Shown here piece by piece: positions 43,736-57,199 of a stretch of DNA of 64,000 nucleotides (position 1 is its first letter; every line of letters starts with the position of its first letter). The notes below the pieces were generated by a model. The model had not been told where the DNA came from, ran no database searches, and was given only the letters and a program-made list of their open reading frames with translations. A program made the position numbers and the translations under genes. This stretch comes from the human T2T-CHM13v2.0 reference genome, Homo sapiens: assembly GCF_009914755.1 (NCBI RefSeq), contig NC_060928.1. One strand, given 5' to 3'.

Positions 43736-44829
43736 AAATACATAGTAATATATTTTAATAGAAGATAACACAAGTAAACTCCTGTGATACTTGTTTTTAC
43801 ATTAATGCAAAAGAGCTCCTCTGCCTTACTGATGTGCAAATTACCATGCGATTGTGACACTAGCTGTACACTTTTAGTTTGAAGTTTAGCACAGTAGTGA
43901 GCATCAGTGGTGATCTGTCAGACCCCACTGTAAACTGGTGGTGGTGGTGGCCATCATAAGAGGATCCTTTGCCTGTGGAAAGGAGAGGAAAGACAGAAAA
44001 GGCTTTGTATTGTGCTTTGAGTGCCAGCTTAGCTAGAGCAGAATAAAACATCAAGTCAATTTCTAACGTTCTTGACTCCAATCTCTGGCTCCCAGACAGC
44101 ATCTCTGAACATGCCTGGGGCCAGGGTGAACAGACAACCCTAAAGGAATGAGCTTTGGCAAGGCCCAGTCCTGTACTGACTTCAGATCTAATCCAGCAAA
44201 TTTACAGTGGTGATGGCCACGGGGTTGCTGGCATCTCTACATTGACAGTTCCAGGTGGCTCAGCACAGAGGGAGAAATTCCATTTATTTGGAAGAAAGTA
44301 GTGAAAAAGAGCCAGATTCTCTGCCTGGTAATCCAGAGAATTTTTTCAGATCTTATCCAAAATCACTAAGGCAATACTTCCATGAGTCTGCAAAAACCAC
44401 AGCATTATTGCATTTGGGGCCAAAGTCTCAGAATATATGGAAAGCCATTCCAAGAAGGACAGGCAGAAACAAACTCAGACTGTGAAGACTACAATAAATA
44501 CCTAACTCTTCAATTTGCAGACACCAATGGACATTTACAAGCATCAACACCAACCTCATTAAATTAGTCACCAGGGACCAATCCTTGAGAAACAGAGATA
44601 TATAGTCTTTCAAAAAAAAAAAAAAAATCAAATCAACTGTTTTAAGGAAACTCAAAGAAATTCAAGATAACACAGAGAATGAATTCATAATTCTATTAAA
44701 TTTAAAGAAGAGATTGAAATTATAAAAAAGAATCCAGCAGACATTCTAGAGTGAAAAAATGCAACTGACATGATGAAGAATGCATCAGAGTCTCCAAATA
44801 GCAGAATTGATACAGCAAATGCAAGAATT

Positions 44830-45136
44830 ACAGATGAGCATGGTGGCTCATGTCTGTAACCCCAGCCCTTGGGAAGCCAATGGAGGAGGATCATTTGAGT
44901 CCAGGAGTTTTAAACAAACCTAGGCAATACAGGGAGACCTCATCTCTACAAAAAGATAAAATAATTAGTCAAGCAAGGTGGTGTGAATCTATAGTTTGAA
45001 CTACTCAGGAGGCTGAGGTGGGAGCACTACTTGAGCCCAGGAGGTCAAGGTTGTGCTGAATTATGATCAAACCACTGAACAGCAGCCTGAGAGACAAAGT
45101 GAGACCCAGTCTCCAAGATAATAATAATAATAATAA
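44830..45136 (+). mobile_element. AluJ inserted in L1M ORF1
   Basis: gcatggtggctcatgtctgtaacccc...ttgagcccaggaggtcaagg...; (ATA)n tail. Confidence 0.88.
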
Positions 45137-47562
45137 CTTTGGTGAGCTTGAAGATAGGCTAAATGAAAATACGCAGTCAGAGGAGACAAAAGAAACAAGG
45201 AGTAAAGATCAATAAAGCAGTAAAGCAGATCTACAAGATTTAGAGAATAGCCTCAAAAGGGCAAATCAAAAAGTTATTTGCCTTAAAGAGGAGGTAGGGA
45301 AAGAAACAGAGGTAGAAGTTTTATTCAAAGTGATATCAGAAAATCTCCCAAACCTAGAGAAAGGTATGAACATTCAAGTTCAAGAAGCTTATAGAACACC
45401 AAACAGATTTAACAACCTCCCCCCCCCAAAAAAAACTATTTTAAGGCATTTAATATTATCAAATTCCCAAAGGTCAGGGGTAAAAAAAGAATCCTAAAGG
45501 CAGCAAAAGGAAAGAAAATATAACATATAATAGAACTACAACGAGTCTACTGGCACACTTTTCAGTAGAAGCCTTACAAGCCAGGAGAAAGTGGCACGAT
45601 ATTTTTAAAGAGCTGAAGAATAAAACTTCTACTTTAGAATGATATGTCTAGTAAAAACACCCTTTAATCAAGAAAGAGAAATAAAGATCTTCTCAAACAA
45701 ACAAAAGCTTATAGAATTCATCAGCAGCAGATATGTAGCATAAGAAATGCTAAAGAGAGTTCTAGCTGAAAGAAAAGGGTGTTAATAAGCAAGAAGAAAT
45801 CATCTGAAGTTACAAAACTCATTGGTAATAGTAAGCACACAGAAAACGCAGGATAGTGTAACACTGAAATTGTGGTGTGTAAACTGTTGATGTAAGTAGA
45901 AATGTAAATGATAAACCAATCAAAAAAGATAACGACAACAACTTTTCAAGACAGTACGATACGTGATAAAGAGAAACAATAAAAAGTTAAAAATCAGAGA
46001 CATAAAGTTAATGTGTAGAGTTTTTATTAGTTCCTTTTTGCATGTTTGTTTATGCAATCAGTGCTAAGTTGTCATCAGTTTAAAATAATGGATAAGATAG
46101 TACGTGTAAACCTCATGCTAACCTCAAATAGAAAAACATACAACTGAAACCAAAATAAATTAAAAAGCAAGAAATTAAAGCATAGTACAGAGAAAATCGC
46201 TTTCACTAAAAGGAAGTTAGAGAGGAAAGAAAGAAAAAGCTAAGACCACAGAAAAATTATAAAATATATAACAAATTGGAAGGAGTCTCTACTTATCAAT
46301 AATAACATTGAATGTAAATGATTAAACTCTCCAATTACAAGACATAGAGTGAGTGGATGAATGAAAAAAAACAATACCCATTTCTCTGTTGCCTGCAAGA
46401 AAAACACTTCAGCTATGAAGACACTCATAGACTGAAAATAAAGAGATGAAAAGAGATATTTCATGTCAATGGAAACCAAAAAAAGAGCAAGAGTTATTAC
46501 ACTTTTATCAGACAAAATAGGAAAGACAATGAAGTACACTATGTAATAATGATAAAGTAGTCAATTCAGCAAGACAATATAACAATTTTAAATATATATG
46601 CACCCAACACTGGGTCACCCAGATATATAAAGTAAATATTATTAAAGATAAAAAAAGATATGGACCCCAATAAGATAAGAATGGAAGACTTTGATGCTCC
46701 ACTTTCAGCACTGGAGAGATCTCTCAGAAAAAAATTTAACAAACAAACATGGGACTAAATCTGCACAATAGACCAAATGAACCTAACAAATATTTACAGA
46801 ACATTTCATCCAGTGGCTGAAGAAAGGATCATTCTTGAGGAGATACCATATATTAAGTTACAAAGCAAATTTTTAAAAATTTAGAAAAAAAGTGAAATAA
46901 TATTAAGCATCTTATCTAACTACTCTGGAATAAAACTATAAATCAATAACAAGAGAAATTTTGAAAACCATATAAAAACGTAGAAATTAAACAATAGATT
47001 TTTTAACGACTATTGGATCAATGAAAAAATTTTTAAACTTTAAAAAATTTCTTGCAAAAAATATAATAAAATCATAAGATACCAAAACCTAACTGATTCA
47101 GTGAAAGCAGCACTAAAAAGATACCTGTAGGTGCTGACAACAAAAAAGAAAAACCTCAAATAAGTAACCTAACAATGCATCTTTAAAAATAAGAAAAGCA
47201 AAAGCAAAATGAACAGAAAATTAGTGGAAGGAAAGAAAAGATAAGAATTAGAGCAGAAATAAATGAATTTGAAATAAAATAAAAGTGCAAAATATCCATG
47301 AAACAAAAAGTTGGGTTTTTTTGAGAAGATAAACAAAACTGATAAACCTTTAGCTATACTAAAAAGAAGAGAGAAAACATAGATAAATAGAATCAGATAT
47401 GTAAAAGGAGACATTATAATTGATACTGCAGAAATGCAAAGGATCATCGGTGGCTACTATGAACCACTGTATGCTGAAAATTTACAAAAATCTAGGAGAA
47501 ATGAACAAATTCCTAGACACAAACAATTACCAAGATTGAACCATAAAAATATCCAAAATCTG

Positions 47563-48492
47563 TCCATGCTTGTGTCCTGAATTAGGATTTTTATGGATTT
47601 AGTTCTTACATTTAAGTCCTTAATCATCTTGAGTTAATTTTTGTATAACGTGTAAGGAAGGGGTCCAGTTTCAGTTTTCTGCATATGACAAGCCAGTTTT
47701 CTGAACACCATTTATTAAACAGGGAATCCCTTCCCCATTGCTTGTTTGTGTCAGGTTTGTCAAAGATCAGTTGGTTGTAGATGTGTGGTATTATTTCTGA
47801 GGCCTCTGTTCTGTTCCATTGAACTATATACCTGTTTTGGTACCAATACCATGCTGTTTTGGTTACTGTAACCTTGCAGTATAGTCTGAAGTCAGGTAGC
47901 ATGATGCCTCCAGCTTTGTTCTTTTTTTCTGAGGATTGTCTTTGCTATGTGGGCTCTTTTTTGGCTCCATATGAAGTTTGAAGTTGTTTTCTCCAATCAT
48001 GTGAAGAAAGTCAATGGTAGCTTGATGGGGATAGCATTGAATCTATAAATTACCTTGGGCAGTGTGGCCATTTTCATGATATTGATTCTTCCTACCCATG
48101 AGCATGGAATGTTTTTCCATTTGTTTGTGTCCTCTCTCATTTCCTTGAACAGTGGTTTGTAGTTCTCCTTGAAGAGGTCCTTCACATCCCTTTAAGTTTT
48201 ATTTCCAGGTATTTTATTCTCTTTGTAGCAATTGTGAATGGGAGTTCACTAATGATTTGGCTCTCCATTTGTCTGTTATTGGTGTATAGGAATACTTGTA
48301 ATTTTTGCACATTTATTTTGTATGCTGAGACATTGCTGAAATTGCTTATCAGCTTAAGGAGATTTGGGGATGAGATGATGGGGTTTTCTAAATACACAAT
48401 CATGTCTTCTGAAAACAGAGATAATTTCACTTCCTCTTTTCCTATTTAAATACCCTTTATTTCTTTCTCTTGCTTGATTGCCCTGGCCGGAA
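47563..48492 (-). mobile_element. Internal L1PA (about PA7-8) ORF2 fragment with no 3'UTR or tail
   Basis: Minus ORFs 48182..48430 ([16 protein letters not shown]), 47997..48185 and 47624..47902; host L1M is continuous across it. Confidence 0.88.
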
Positions 48493-51295
48493 AAATAACA
48501 AGTAACAAAATCAAAGCCATACCCTAGGAAAGAAAATCCCAGGACCCAATCACTTCACTGTTGAATACTTCCAAACATTAAAAAGTTAAAAAAAAAAAAA
48601 AAAAACTAATATCAATACCTTTCAAACTCTGCAAAAATAGAATAAGAGGAACACTTCCAAACTCATTCTATGGGGCAAATAGAAAACCAGAAAAATACAC
48701 ATTTTTTTTAAAAGAGAACTACAGACTAATATCACTGATAAATATTGGTGTAAAAATCCTGAACAAAATACTAAGAAATCCAATTCAACAGCACATTAAA
48801 TAAAAATCAATCATTATGACCAGTTGGGATTTATCTCAATGATGTTAGCAAAATTAAGTATATGGAAATCAATCAATGCAATACATCTAATCAACTGAAT
48901 GAAGGACAAAATCCATATGAACATTTCAATTTATGCTGAAAACACACTTGATAATGCTTAAAATATCTTCCTGATAAAAGCTTCAATAAAATGAGAGTAC
49001 AAGAAACATACCTCAACTTAATAGAATCCATCTGTGACAGACCCACAGTTAGTATCATACTGAACAGGAAAAAGCTAAGTATTTCTTCTGAAATCTGGAA
49101 CACACCAAGGATTCCCACTGTCACCATTGTCGTTCAGCATAGTCCTGGAAGTCGTAGGTAGAGCAACAAGACAAGTTAAAGAAATAAAGGACATTGAAAT
49201 TTGAGAGGAAGAAGTCAAATTATCCTTGTTTGCAGATGATATGTCTTATAATTCAAAAAACCTGAAGGCTTCACCAAAAAAAAAATTAAAACTGATAAAT
49301 AAATTTCATGAAGTTGCAGATACAAAATGAGTAGCATTTCTATGTGCTAACAGTAAACAATCTAGAAAAGCAATAAAAATATAATTCCATTTACAAGAGC
49401 AACAAATAAAATTAAATACCTAAAATTTACCTTAACCAATAAACTGAAAGGTATATACAATAAAAACTACAAAACACTGGTGCAAAAAAATTGAAGAGGA
49501 CACAAAATATAAAAAGATATGTAATTTTCGTGGATTAGAAGAAGCAATTTTATTAAAATGTTCATATTTCCTGAATCAATCTACAGATTTGATGCAATGC
49601 CTATCAGAATACCAATTACATTCTTCACAGATATAGAAAAAAAACTCTAAAATGTACGTGAAGTCACAAAAGACCCGGAATAATCAAAGATATTTTGAGC
49701 AAAAAGAACAAAACTGGAAGAATCACATTATCTGACTTCAAATTATACTACAGCATTATTATATTATACAGCATGGTAATGACATCAAAAGACAAACATA
49801 AGTCAATGGAACATAATTGAGAACCCAGAAAAAAATTCACACACGTAAACTCATTTTTGAGACAGTTGCCAAGAACATACATTACAAAAAAGACAGTCTC
49901 TTCAATAAATGGTTCTGGGAAAACCAGATATTTATCTACAGAATAATGATATAATCCCTACTTCTTACTCACATAAAAATCAAATCAAAACGGATTAAAG
50001 ACTTAAATATAAGACTTGAATCTATAAAACTAATAGAGGGACACATTGGGGAAACTCCCCAGGACACTGATCTGGGCAAAATTTCTTGAGAAATACCCCA
50101 GAAGTAGAGGCAACCAAAGCAAAAATAGAAAAATGGGGTCAAAAGTAGAATTAGGGAGCCAAACAGTATATTCACATTTAATGTTGAAAGGTTATTCCAA
50201 GTTACACTTCATCAAAAAAAATTTCTTATATTTGTATAAATTGTAAATCTTCTCTGGAAAAAGAACTCATTGACTTAAACTTTGTTTCTCTAAGTATCAG
50301 TGACTTTTGCTGTCTTATATGTTGTTTGTCTTTTTTACTTCTGTGAACTCCCTGTTCATATATCACCTATATTCATATTGGTCTGTTTGTTATTTTGGTT
50401 GATAATTTTTACTAGCTTCACTGTACAATGGACCAAACTTTTGTTACATGTTTTGTAGGATAGATTTGGAAAAAAATAATTCTGGCTTATTTGAAAAATT
50501 TTAAAGTATCTACCATGGTAGTATATTAGTTCTATTTTTCTTTAAAAATATATCAATTATCTACATAAGTTAAAAATTCTATTGTAAACTCTATAGTTCT
50601 CTTAGCGTCATAGTTTTAATATGTTTTTAAGTTAAGTTTATACCTCAGCCTGGAGAATGTTTCTTGTGCAATTTGAATGGCGGTCTTCTTACTAATAAAG
50701 GCAACTGTTGTCGTTGTTTAACTCAAAAATTTTGATCCTAAAGTGCTTTGCTGATTCATAACTTTCAGAAGGGCCTGGAATATCCCTGTGACTATCCCAT
50801 AAGATTGTTGTAATTTTTGTATTTTTTGCATTATTACTGATTATGGTTAACCACAGCATGAATAGATTTTTTAAAAAATTGTTATTATCCTATTTTTAAT
50901 CATGCCAAATTATTTAGTGTTTTCATATTATAGTTATGAGAAGAGTCTAGCAACAGTCTTCTGAGGAAAGAGAGAAGGAATAAGACATGCTCATCTAAAT
51001 TACGGCTACATAAAAATAATAATTATTAGTGTAAAAAACTATCTTTTACAAACATATGTTGAATGTCACAACATATCTAAAAAGTAGTTACTGAAAGCAA
51101 AATCTTCTCTAAATGGCTCAATTTTGTAGCAAGAAGCAGATTGGTGTTGCTATTTTTTCTCATTCCACATAAATCCTACTGGGAAATGCTTTAATCTATG
51201 TTTTAGGGGAGAAAAAGTTATCCTGACTCTGGATGTACATTAAAGTTAAGTAGCACTATTTGTCTCCCAAACCCTGAAGGAGTATATGAGAGTAT

Positions 51296-51666
51296 TAATA
51301 TGGTTTGGCTCTTTGTCCCCATGCAAATCTCATTGAATTGTAATAATCCCCAAGTGTTATGGGAGGGACCTGGTGGGGGATAATTGAATCATGGGGTCGG
51401 TTTTCCCCATACTGTTCTTGTGATAGTGAGTGAGTTCCATGAGATCTGACGATTTCATAAGCGTGTAGCATTTCCTCTGCTGGCATTCATTTCTCTCTTG
51501 CCTGTCACCATGTAGGATGTCATGTACCACATGCCTTTTGCTTTCCACCATGATTGTGAGGCCTCCCCAGCCATGTGGAACTGTGAGTCCATTCAACCTC
51601 TTTTTCTTTATAAATTACCCAGTCTGGGGTATGTTTTCATCAGCAATGTGAGAACTGACTAACACA
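51296..51666 (+). mobile_element. THE1D-like MaLR solo LTR
   Basis: atatggtttggctct..cccc..caaatctc...tttataaattacccagtc...gactaacaca. Confidence 0.88.
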
Positions 51667-52342
51667 ATTTTATAAATTTCTTTGACCTTGGCTTCAGGCA
51701 AGGTCACAGATGAGATCTCAACAAATTCTGAAGTATTTATTTTAGACATATCTGACTACAGTGCAATACAATTTTTTTTAAAAAAATAATTGATTAAAAA
51801 GGAATGCACCACTATTCAAATACATACATTCCAGTGTTTCATACAGTGTAATATACTGAAATGATTATAAGTGACTCAACTTTTTCCCACTTCCTCTGCT
51901 CCAGAAATATACACTTCCAGAAGAAAAAATGACATTGAAAAACATACACAGCCTAGCAGAAAATGAAGACATTATGTCCACCAACTGTTAACATTAGAGG
52001 GAATTCTATGATTATATCCTTGTAAATGCTATGAAAAAGTGACTTTTGGGAGGAAACCAAATGAGACATAGTCCCTGGAAGTACAGAATAAAATTTAGAG
52101 TGCAGTGACTTCCTGCTTAAAAATAAAATAAAATAAAACAAATGTAACGGAACTAGAAATCTTCCTAGACTAAAGCAGAGTCAATTAAAAAAAATTGTGA
52201 AGACATGTTCTTACATGAAGAGTGTTCATAAAATAATACCTGTTGAAAATTTCCTAAAGAAAGCCATATAAGAAAATAACCATACACAATAGAAAGATTT
52301 GCATCCAAGATTTGTAGATAGAGAAAAATGTCAGAATGAGAT

Positions 52343-52638
52343 GTTTGTTTTATTTTTATTTTTTATTTTTGAGATAGGATGTTGCTCTACTGCCCAGAGT
52401 GGTATGTTTTCAGCGGTTTGATCATGGCTCATTGCAGCCTCAACCTTCCCAGCTCAAGAGTTGTCTTACCTCAGCCCCCTGAGCAGCCGGGGCCACAGAT
52501 TCATGCCACCACACCCAGCTAATGTTTTCAAATTTTTGTAGAGATGAGCTCTTGCTATGTTGCTCCTGGACTCAAGCAATCCTTCCACCTTGACCTCTCA
52601 AAGTTTTGGAATTATAGGTATGTAGCACTGAACCTGGA
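52343..52638 (-). mobile_element. AluJ
   Basis: tttgagatagg..tgatcatggctcattgcagcctcaacc..ctcaagcaatcc.. Confidence 0.85.
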
Positions 52639-52749
52639 CAGAATAAAAATTGTAAATAAGCATGATTCAAATATTCAGAGGAAAAAGAGTCACTAACATA
52701 AGACAAAGATGGGATGGGATAAGAAGGATGAATTCCAAAAACCAAGCAA

Positions 52750-53446
52750 ACATAATGCGATACCACCTTACTCCTGCAAGAATGGCCATAATCAAAAAAA
52801 CAAAACAGAATATATTGGCATGGATGTGGTGATCAGGGAAAACTTCTACAATGCTAGTAGGGATGTAAACTAGTACAAACACTATGGAAAACAGTGTGGA
52901 GATTCCCTAAAGAACTAAAAGTAGAACTACTATTTGATCCAGCAATCCCACTACTGGGTATCTATCCAGAGGAAAAGAAGTCATTATGTAAAAAAGATGC
53001 TTGCATATGCTGTTTATAGCAGCATAATTCACAATTGCAAAATCGTGGAACCAATGCAAATATATATGATGGAATACTACTCAGCCATAAAAAGGAATGA
53101 ATTAACAGCATTCACAGCAACATGGATGAGATTGGAAATTATTATTCTAAGTGAAGTAATTCAGGAATGGAAAATCACACATCATATGTTCTCACTGATA
53201 TGTGGGAATTAAGCTATGAGGATGCAAAGGCATAACAATGATGCAATGGACTTTGGGGACTTGTGGTTAAGTGTGGGAGGGGGGAGGGGTGAGGAATGAA
53301 AGACTACAAATAGGGTGCAGTGTATACTGCTTAGGTGATGGGTGCAACAAAATATCACAAATCACTACTAAAGAACTTACTCATGTAACCAAACACCACC
53401 TGTACCCCAATAACCTATGGAAAAATAAATAAAAAAATAAAAAAAC
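52750..53446 (+). mobile_element. L1PB1-like 3' end
   Basis: gctatgaggatgcaaaggcataa...aaagaacttactcatgtaaccaaacaccacctg..aacctatggaaaaataaa plus A tail. Confidence 0.88.
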
Positions 53447-53704
53447 TAGATATTTTTATTTTTGAAATTAGAAATGGGCTCCCTAAGTATATGAAATATT
53501 GCCCCCAAGAGGAATCACCTAATGCTCTAGAAATTGCCAGTAAACTGATGAAAACATAAGTTGTTGTTGTTGTTGTTGTTGTTAACAGCTTACATTAAAG
53601 CTGTCCTCATTACCTGTTTTTCTTCTGAAGCTCTCATGTTTCTAGTTGTCTTCTTGGCCTTAACCACCCATCCTATGCTTTGTTGAAATATTTGTGATCT
53701 GATT

Positions 53705-53905
53705 CAATGTGTTTGTTTCCATTTTTATTTCATGCTATCCCAACTCTTGCAACTTGCATGTCCTCATTATGATTGATCGATTCAACTGCAAAGATCACCT
53801 TATCTGACCAAGGATTATTCATTAATTTTTACTAGTTTATCTGACCTTGGCTAATTTTATATCTTTGCCAGTCACTCTGAACCACAGTCATGATGACTCA
53901 GGATT
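53705..53905. promoter_or_regulatory. Candidate liver/intestine enhancer module
   Basis: Within 200 bp: FOXA TGTTTGTTT 53710, ONECUT-like ATTGATCGAT 53772, HNF4-like ACTGCAAAGATCA 53785, GATA CTTATCT 53799 and TTTATCT 53836, HNF1-like GATTATTCATTAAT 53813, TGACCT 53842, AP-1 TGACTCA 53894. Motif evidence only. Confidence 0.5.
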
Positions 53906-54879
53906 GTAGATCTCTTTCAAATAACAAATTTATCTTTTGTAAAGTCTCTATATTAGAGAAGAATCTATAGAAAAAACACAAAAAGAAAAATTAAGGGCAG
54001 TATATGAAAAAAATTCTGACCGGATTATAAACCAAGAAAGTGATTAATCAGATTAATAACTAGAAATTTACAGTAAAATCACTGATACATTTTTATATAT
54101 TTGCATTGATAAAATTAATACTTATTTACAGGCAAAGCACCAAATAACTGGCGACTCCAGGGCTAGTTTGTTGGGCATGACTGTTGATAAGTGAGGAGTA
54201 CACAGGAGCCCAGAGGAGCAGATTGCAACCTACTAGTATCTCAATTCTTATTACACATTTGCACATTAGGAAACTGACCACCAGTGGGACTGAAAATTCT
54301 GTGGGCCAATTCTAAGCTCACCTTTGTTGGAACTTCTATATGCCCCAACTTACAAAAACATTATTTTCAAAAGAAAGCCATGACTCTTACTCATCTGAAT
54401 CTAAGATTCAATAGCCAAGGGTACAATAACTTTGGGGATGCTAACAAATGAGAAATTTGAAATTTGTTTACCAGTTTTCAACTGATTGTTCCTCAGGTGC
54501 AAATAAAGGTTTGTGATGTTGAACTAGGACCCTATAAACATTCCTCATTTGCCAGCTGTCTGAATGGTAAGCTTCATCAATAGAGGACACTGGAATGACT
54601 GTGAGGTGGTGGAGGCAGGAAGATACATCCCTCTCAAGGCCCTACTCTTTACTGTTATTCAGTAATTTTTATGGTGATTATTGGATTTTAACAATATGTA
54701 TTTTAAAGAATGTACTTAAAAATATACTTAATATAAGAGGCCATTTTCAATTAGCATATTTGTTTTACCTTTTAAGAAACATAGCATTCTGCTCAGGAAT
54801 CAATATAGAAAACTCCTGCATATACAGTTTGTCCTTGACGTAGATAGACCCTGCTTTGTATGTTATTTTCAAGACTAAG

Positions 54880-55400
54880 TTCACAATTATTTGATTTTTG
54901 TCTTCAACCCCTGTTTTGCTTGCATATTCCTGTCTTTAAGTATCATATTCAAAATAAAAATGAAAAAGATTATCACAGAGATGAAGAATGTTACATAAAC
55001 TCAGTCGTTCTATGTGATTACTTAAAATTTATGTGTTTACATATTTTTAATGGCTGAGACATTTAAAAGTTTATTGAATCAATATCAAAGAAACAGACGC
55101 ACAATATTACAATTTTTTGAATTTAATATACTTTGGGATTTTTACGACTCTCTATCAAGTATACCTTCATGTTTACATATTTTCCTAACTGTATATGTAT
55201 ATATCACTTTATGTAAAAAGACTTTTCAAAATTAAACCAATCGAAGCAAAAATATTCTTTGATCTCCTGTGGATAGATATAGACTTATGTATCTGGCTAT
55301 GTGGTCTAAGAATTGCAAAGAAGATCTATTTTGACAAAGCCATTAATACATTTCCAGATAATATTTTGTTAAGAAAATATAAATAAACTAGTATTTGGTT
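54880..55400 (+). mobile_element. Ancient hAT (Tip100/Zaphod-like) transposase C-terminal dimerisation-domain remnant
   Basis: ORF pieces WDFYDSLSSIPSCLHIFLTVYVYITLCKKTF and AKKIYFDKAINTF resemble the hATC pattern ..PNL..LRIFLT..VS.ASCERSFSKL..(N)FDEVID.FA. Confidence 0.55.
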
Positions 55401-57199
55401 TCCATAGTACATGTTGAGCTTCATTATTGACTTAGGCTAATATTTATATGTAAGGTTTACCCCTTTAAAAAAAAACACATTAAAATAATTAAAGAGCATT
55501 CATGCATTACTTTTTTCTTTCCTTGTATTTTACTATTTTTTCTTTTTAATGGAATACCTATATGTTCAGTTTATAAAATATTCAGTGTATATTTCTTTTC
55601 TAGACATTATCATAGTTTCATCACCAATTATTGTTAAAAATATTATTTATAGAGGAGCGTTGTAAAATTATTTCCCATGTGTCATAAATTATTATTATGC
55701 TTTTTTTCATTCAACTGTTCAGATAGATCTCGTCAGACAGAAGAACTGCTCGTAAATTGGTTTCTTTCTTCTCTGTGATTTGCTTTGCAATTCTTGTTCT
55801 GAATCTAAAAGCTATAATCACCAAAATTTAAAGGCAAGATTTAGAGAGCTTTTGCCATTTATTATGCTTTCTCCAGCTTAGACCTTAAAAATTGTTGTAC
55901 AGAATATTTGGTTCTTTATTCAATCTACAATTTATTTTTTTTGTGTTACGAGAGGATAGTAAGTAAAATGATTATATACATTTCTGGTTTGTATATCCTC
56001 AGTATGCCAGGTATTAAAGTAATTGGAAATATCTGACTTGACAAGGTAAGGCCAAGAAGTGTGAGATCTTAGTGAAGGAGAGAAATCTTGTAACATTATA
56101 ATCTAGAGGGACTGGACTAAACTTGCTGGGCTCCATCTGTCATTCCTAACTAAAAGGAACCAGCCTCTCCTTTTGTTTTGTGTATTACTATCCAATTACA
56201 AAGGGTCACTACTAAAGCAAAAATAGCAAATCAAGCACATTTAAGCCCGTACGAGCAAAACACCTTTAGACCGTCTAAACAAATAGTTTACCAGGTTGCA
56301 TAGTTTTAGATAGGAAGCCAATTATGACCGTCTAGCATTTTTGAAACAAAGAAAATTTTCATGAGGAAATATTGTGTATTTCATAAAGAATGTGAATTTA
56401 AACTTCGATGTAACACAAAAGACTTGCCTAAACACCATGCTAAGAGCCTTGGCCAAGTTTATCTGAGCTTATATGTGCACTAGGTGATGGATTTGTCCTG
56501 AAAAGTGACCCCAGCCTCCATGCTGAGACTTTGCTGAAAATAGCATGAACCTGTCGAACTGCTGTCTAGCTGATGTTCCTGAACAATTATCAATTATTTC
56601 CATTTCCTTTTTATGTAATATTCCATTTTCACATAGTCCTACTAGCCCCTTGTTTTCCCTATTTTCATTTCCTCATATTTCCTTTTTATTCATATCAGTT
56701 TTCTCTTTAGAAACCTCGGTACCTTTGTTTCAGTTGGCGTTGAGCTCAGTTTATACCATAGTCTCTATCCCCTACTTCAGTAGTCAGAATAACATCTGTC
56801 TTGCAATCTTTAACAAGGACCTTGCTTTGATTTTCTTAGCAGAAACACATATATTCTATTTGATTGTATTTTGTTTATACAGAAGATGTTGTTAAAATGC
56901 ACAGTAAAATGCCTAGTCTTTCTGATTTCAAATCAACAGATTGAAATTCCAGTGAATCTTGTTTATTTTACTTTAAAAATATACACTTGTAAGCATAAAA
57001 ATTGAATTATTTGAGGTTTTCTAAAATTATAATTACACACTACTTAATGTTTAATAAATATTAAAATTTTTAGTTAAGTCAGGAATTACAGGTCTTATGA
57101 AATGTAGAGGAGAATCTTGCCACAACTTAATGCATCGATGTGGAATTAAACTGAATGATCTCCGGTGTTATGCCTACCAGCCTTAGATCTCAAAGAGTG

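Larger units (their letters stand above)
43870..50140 (+). mobile_element. Old L1M1/L1MA-type element (5'UTR, ORF1, ORF2), interrupted by an AluJ and an L1PA fragment
   Basis: cagactgtgaagactacaataaatacctaactcttca; ORF1 remnants 44500-45780; ORF2 from ~46290 with FADD (ttgtttgcagatgat) near 49227. Confidence 0.85.
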
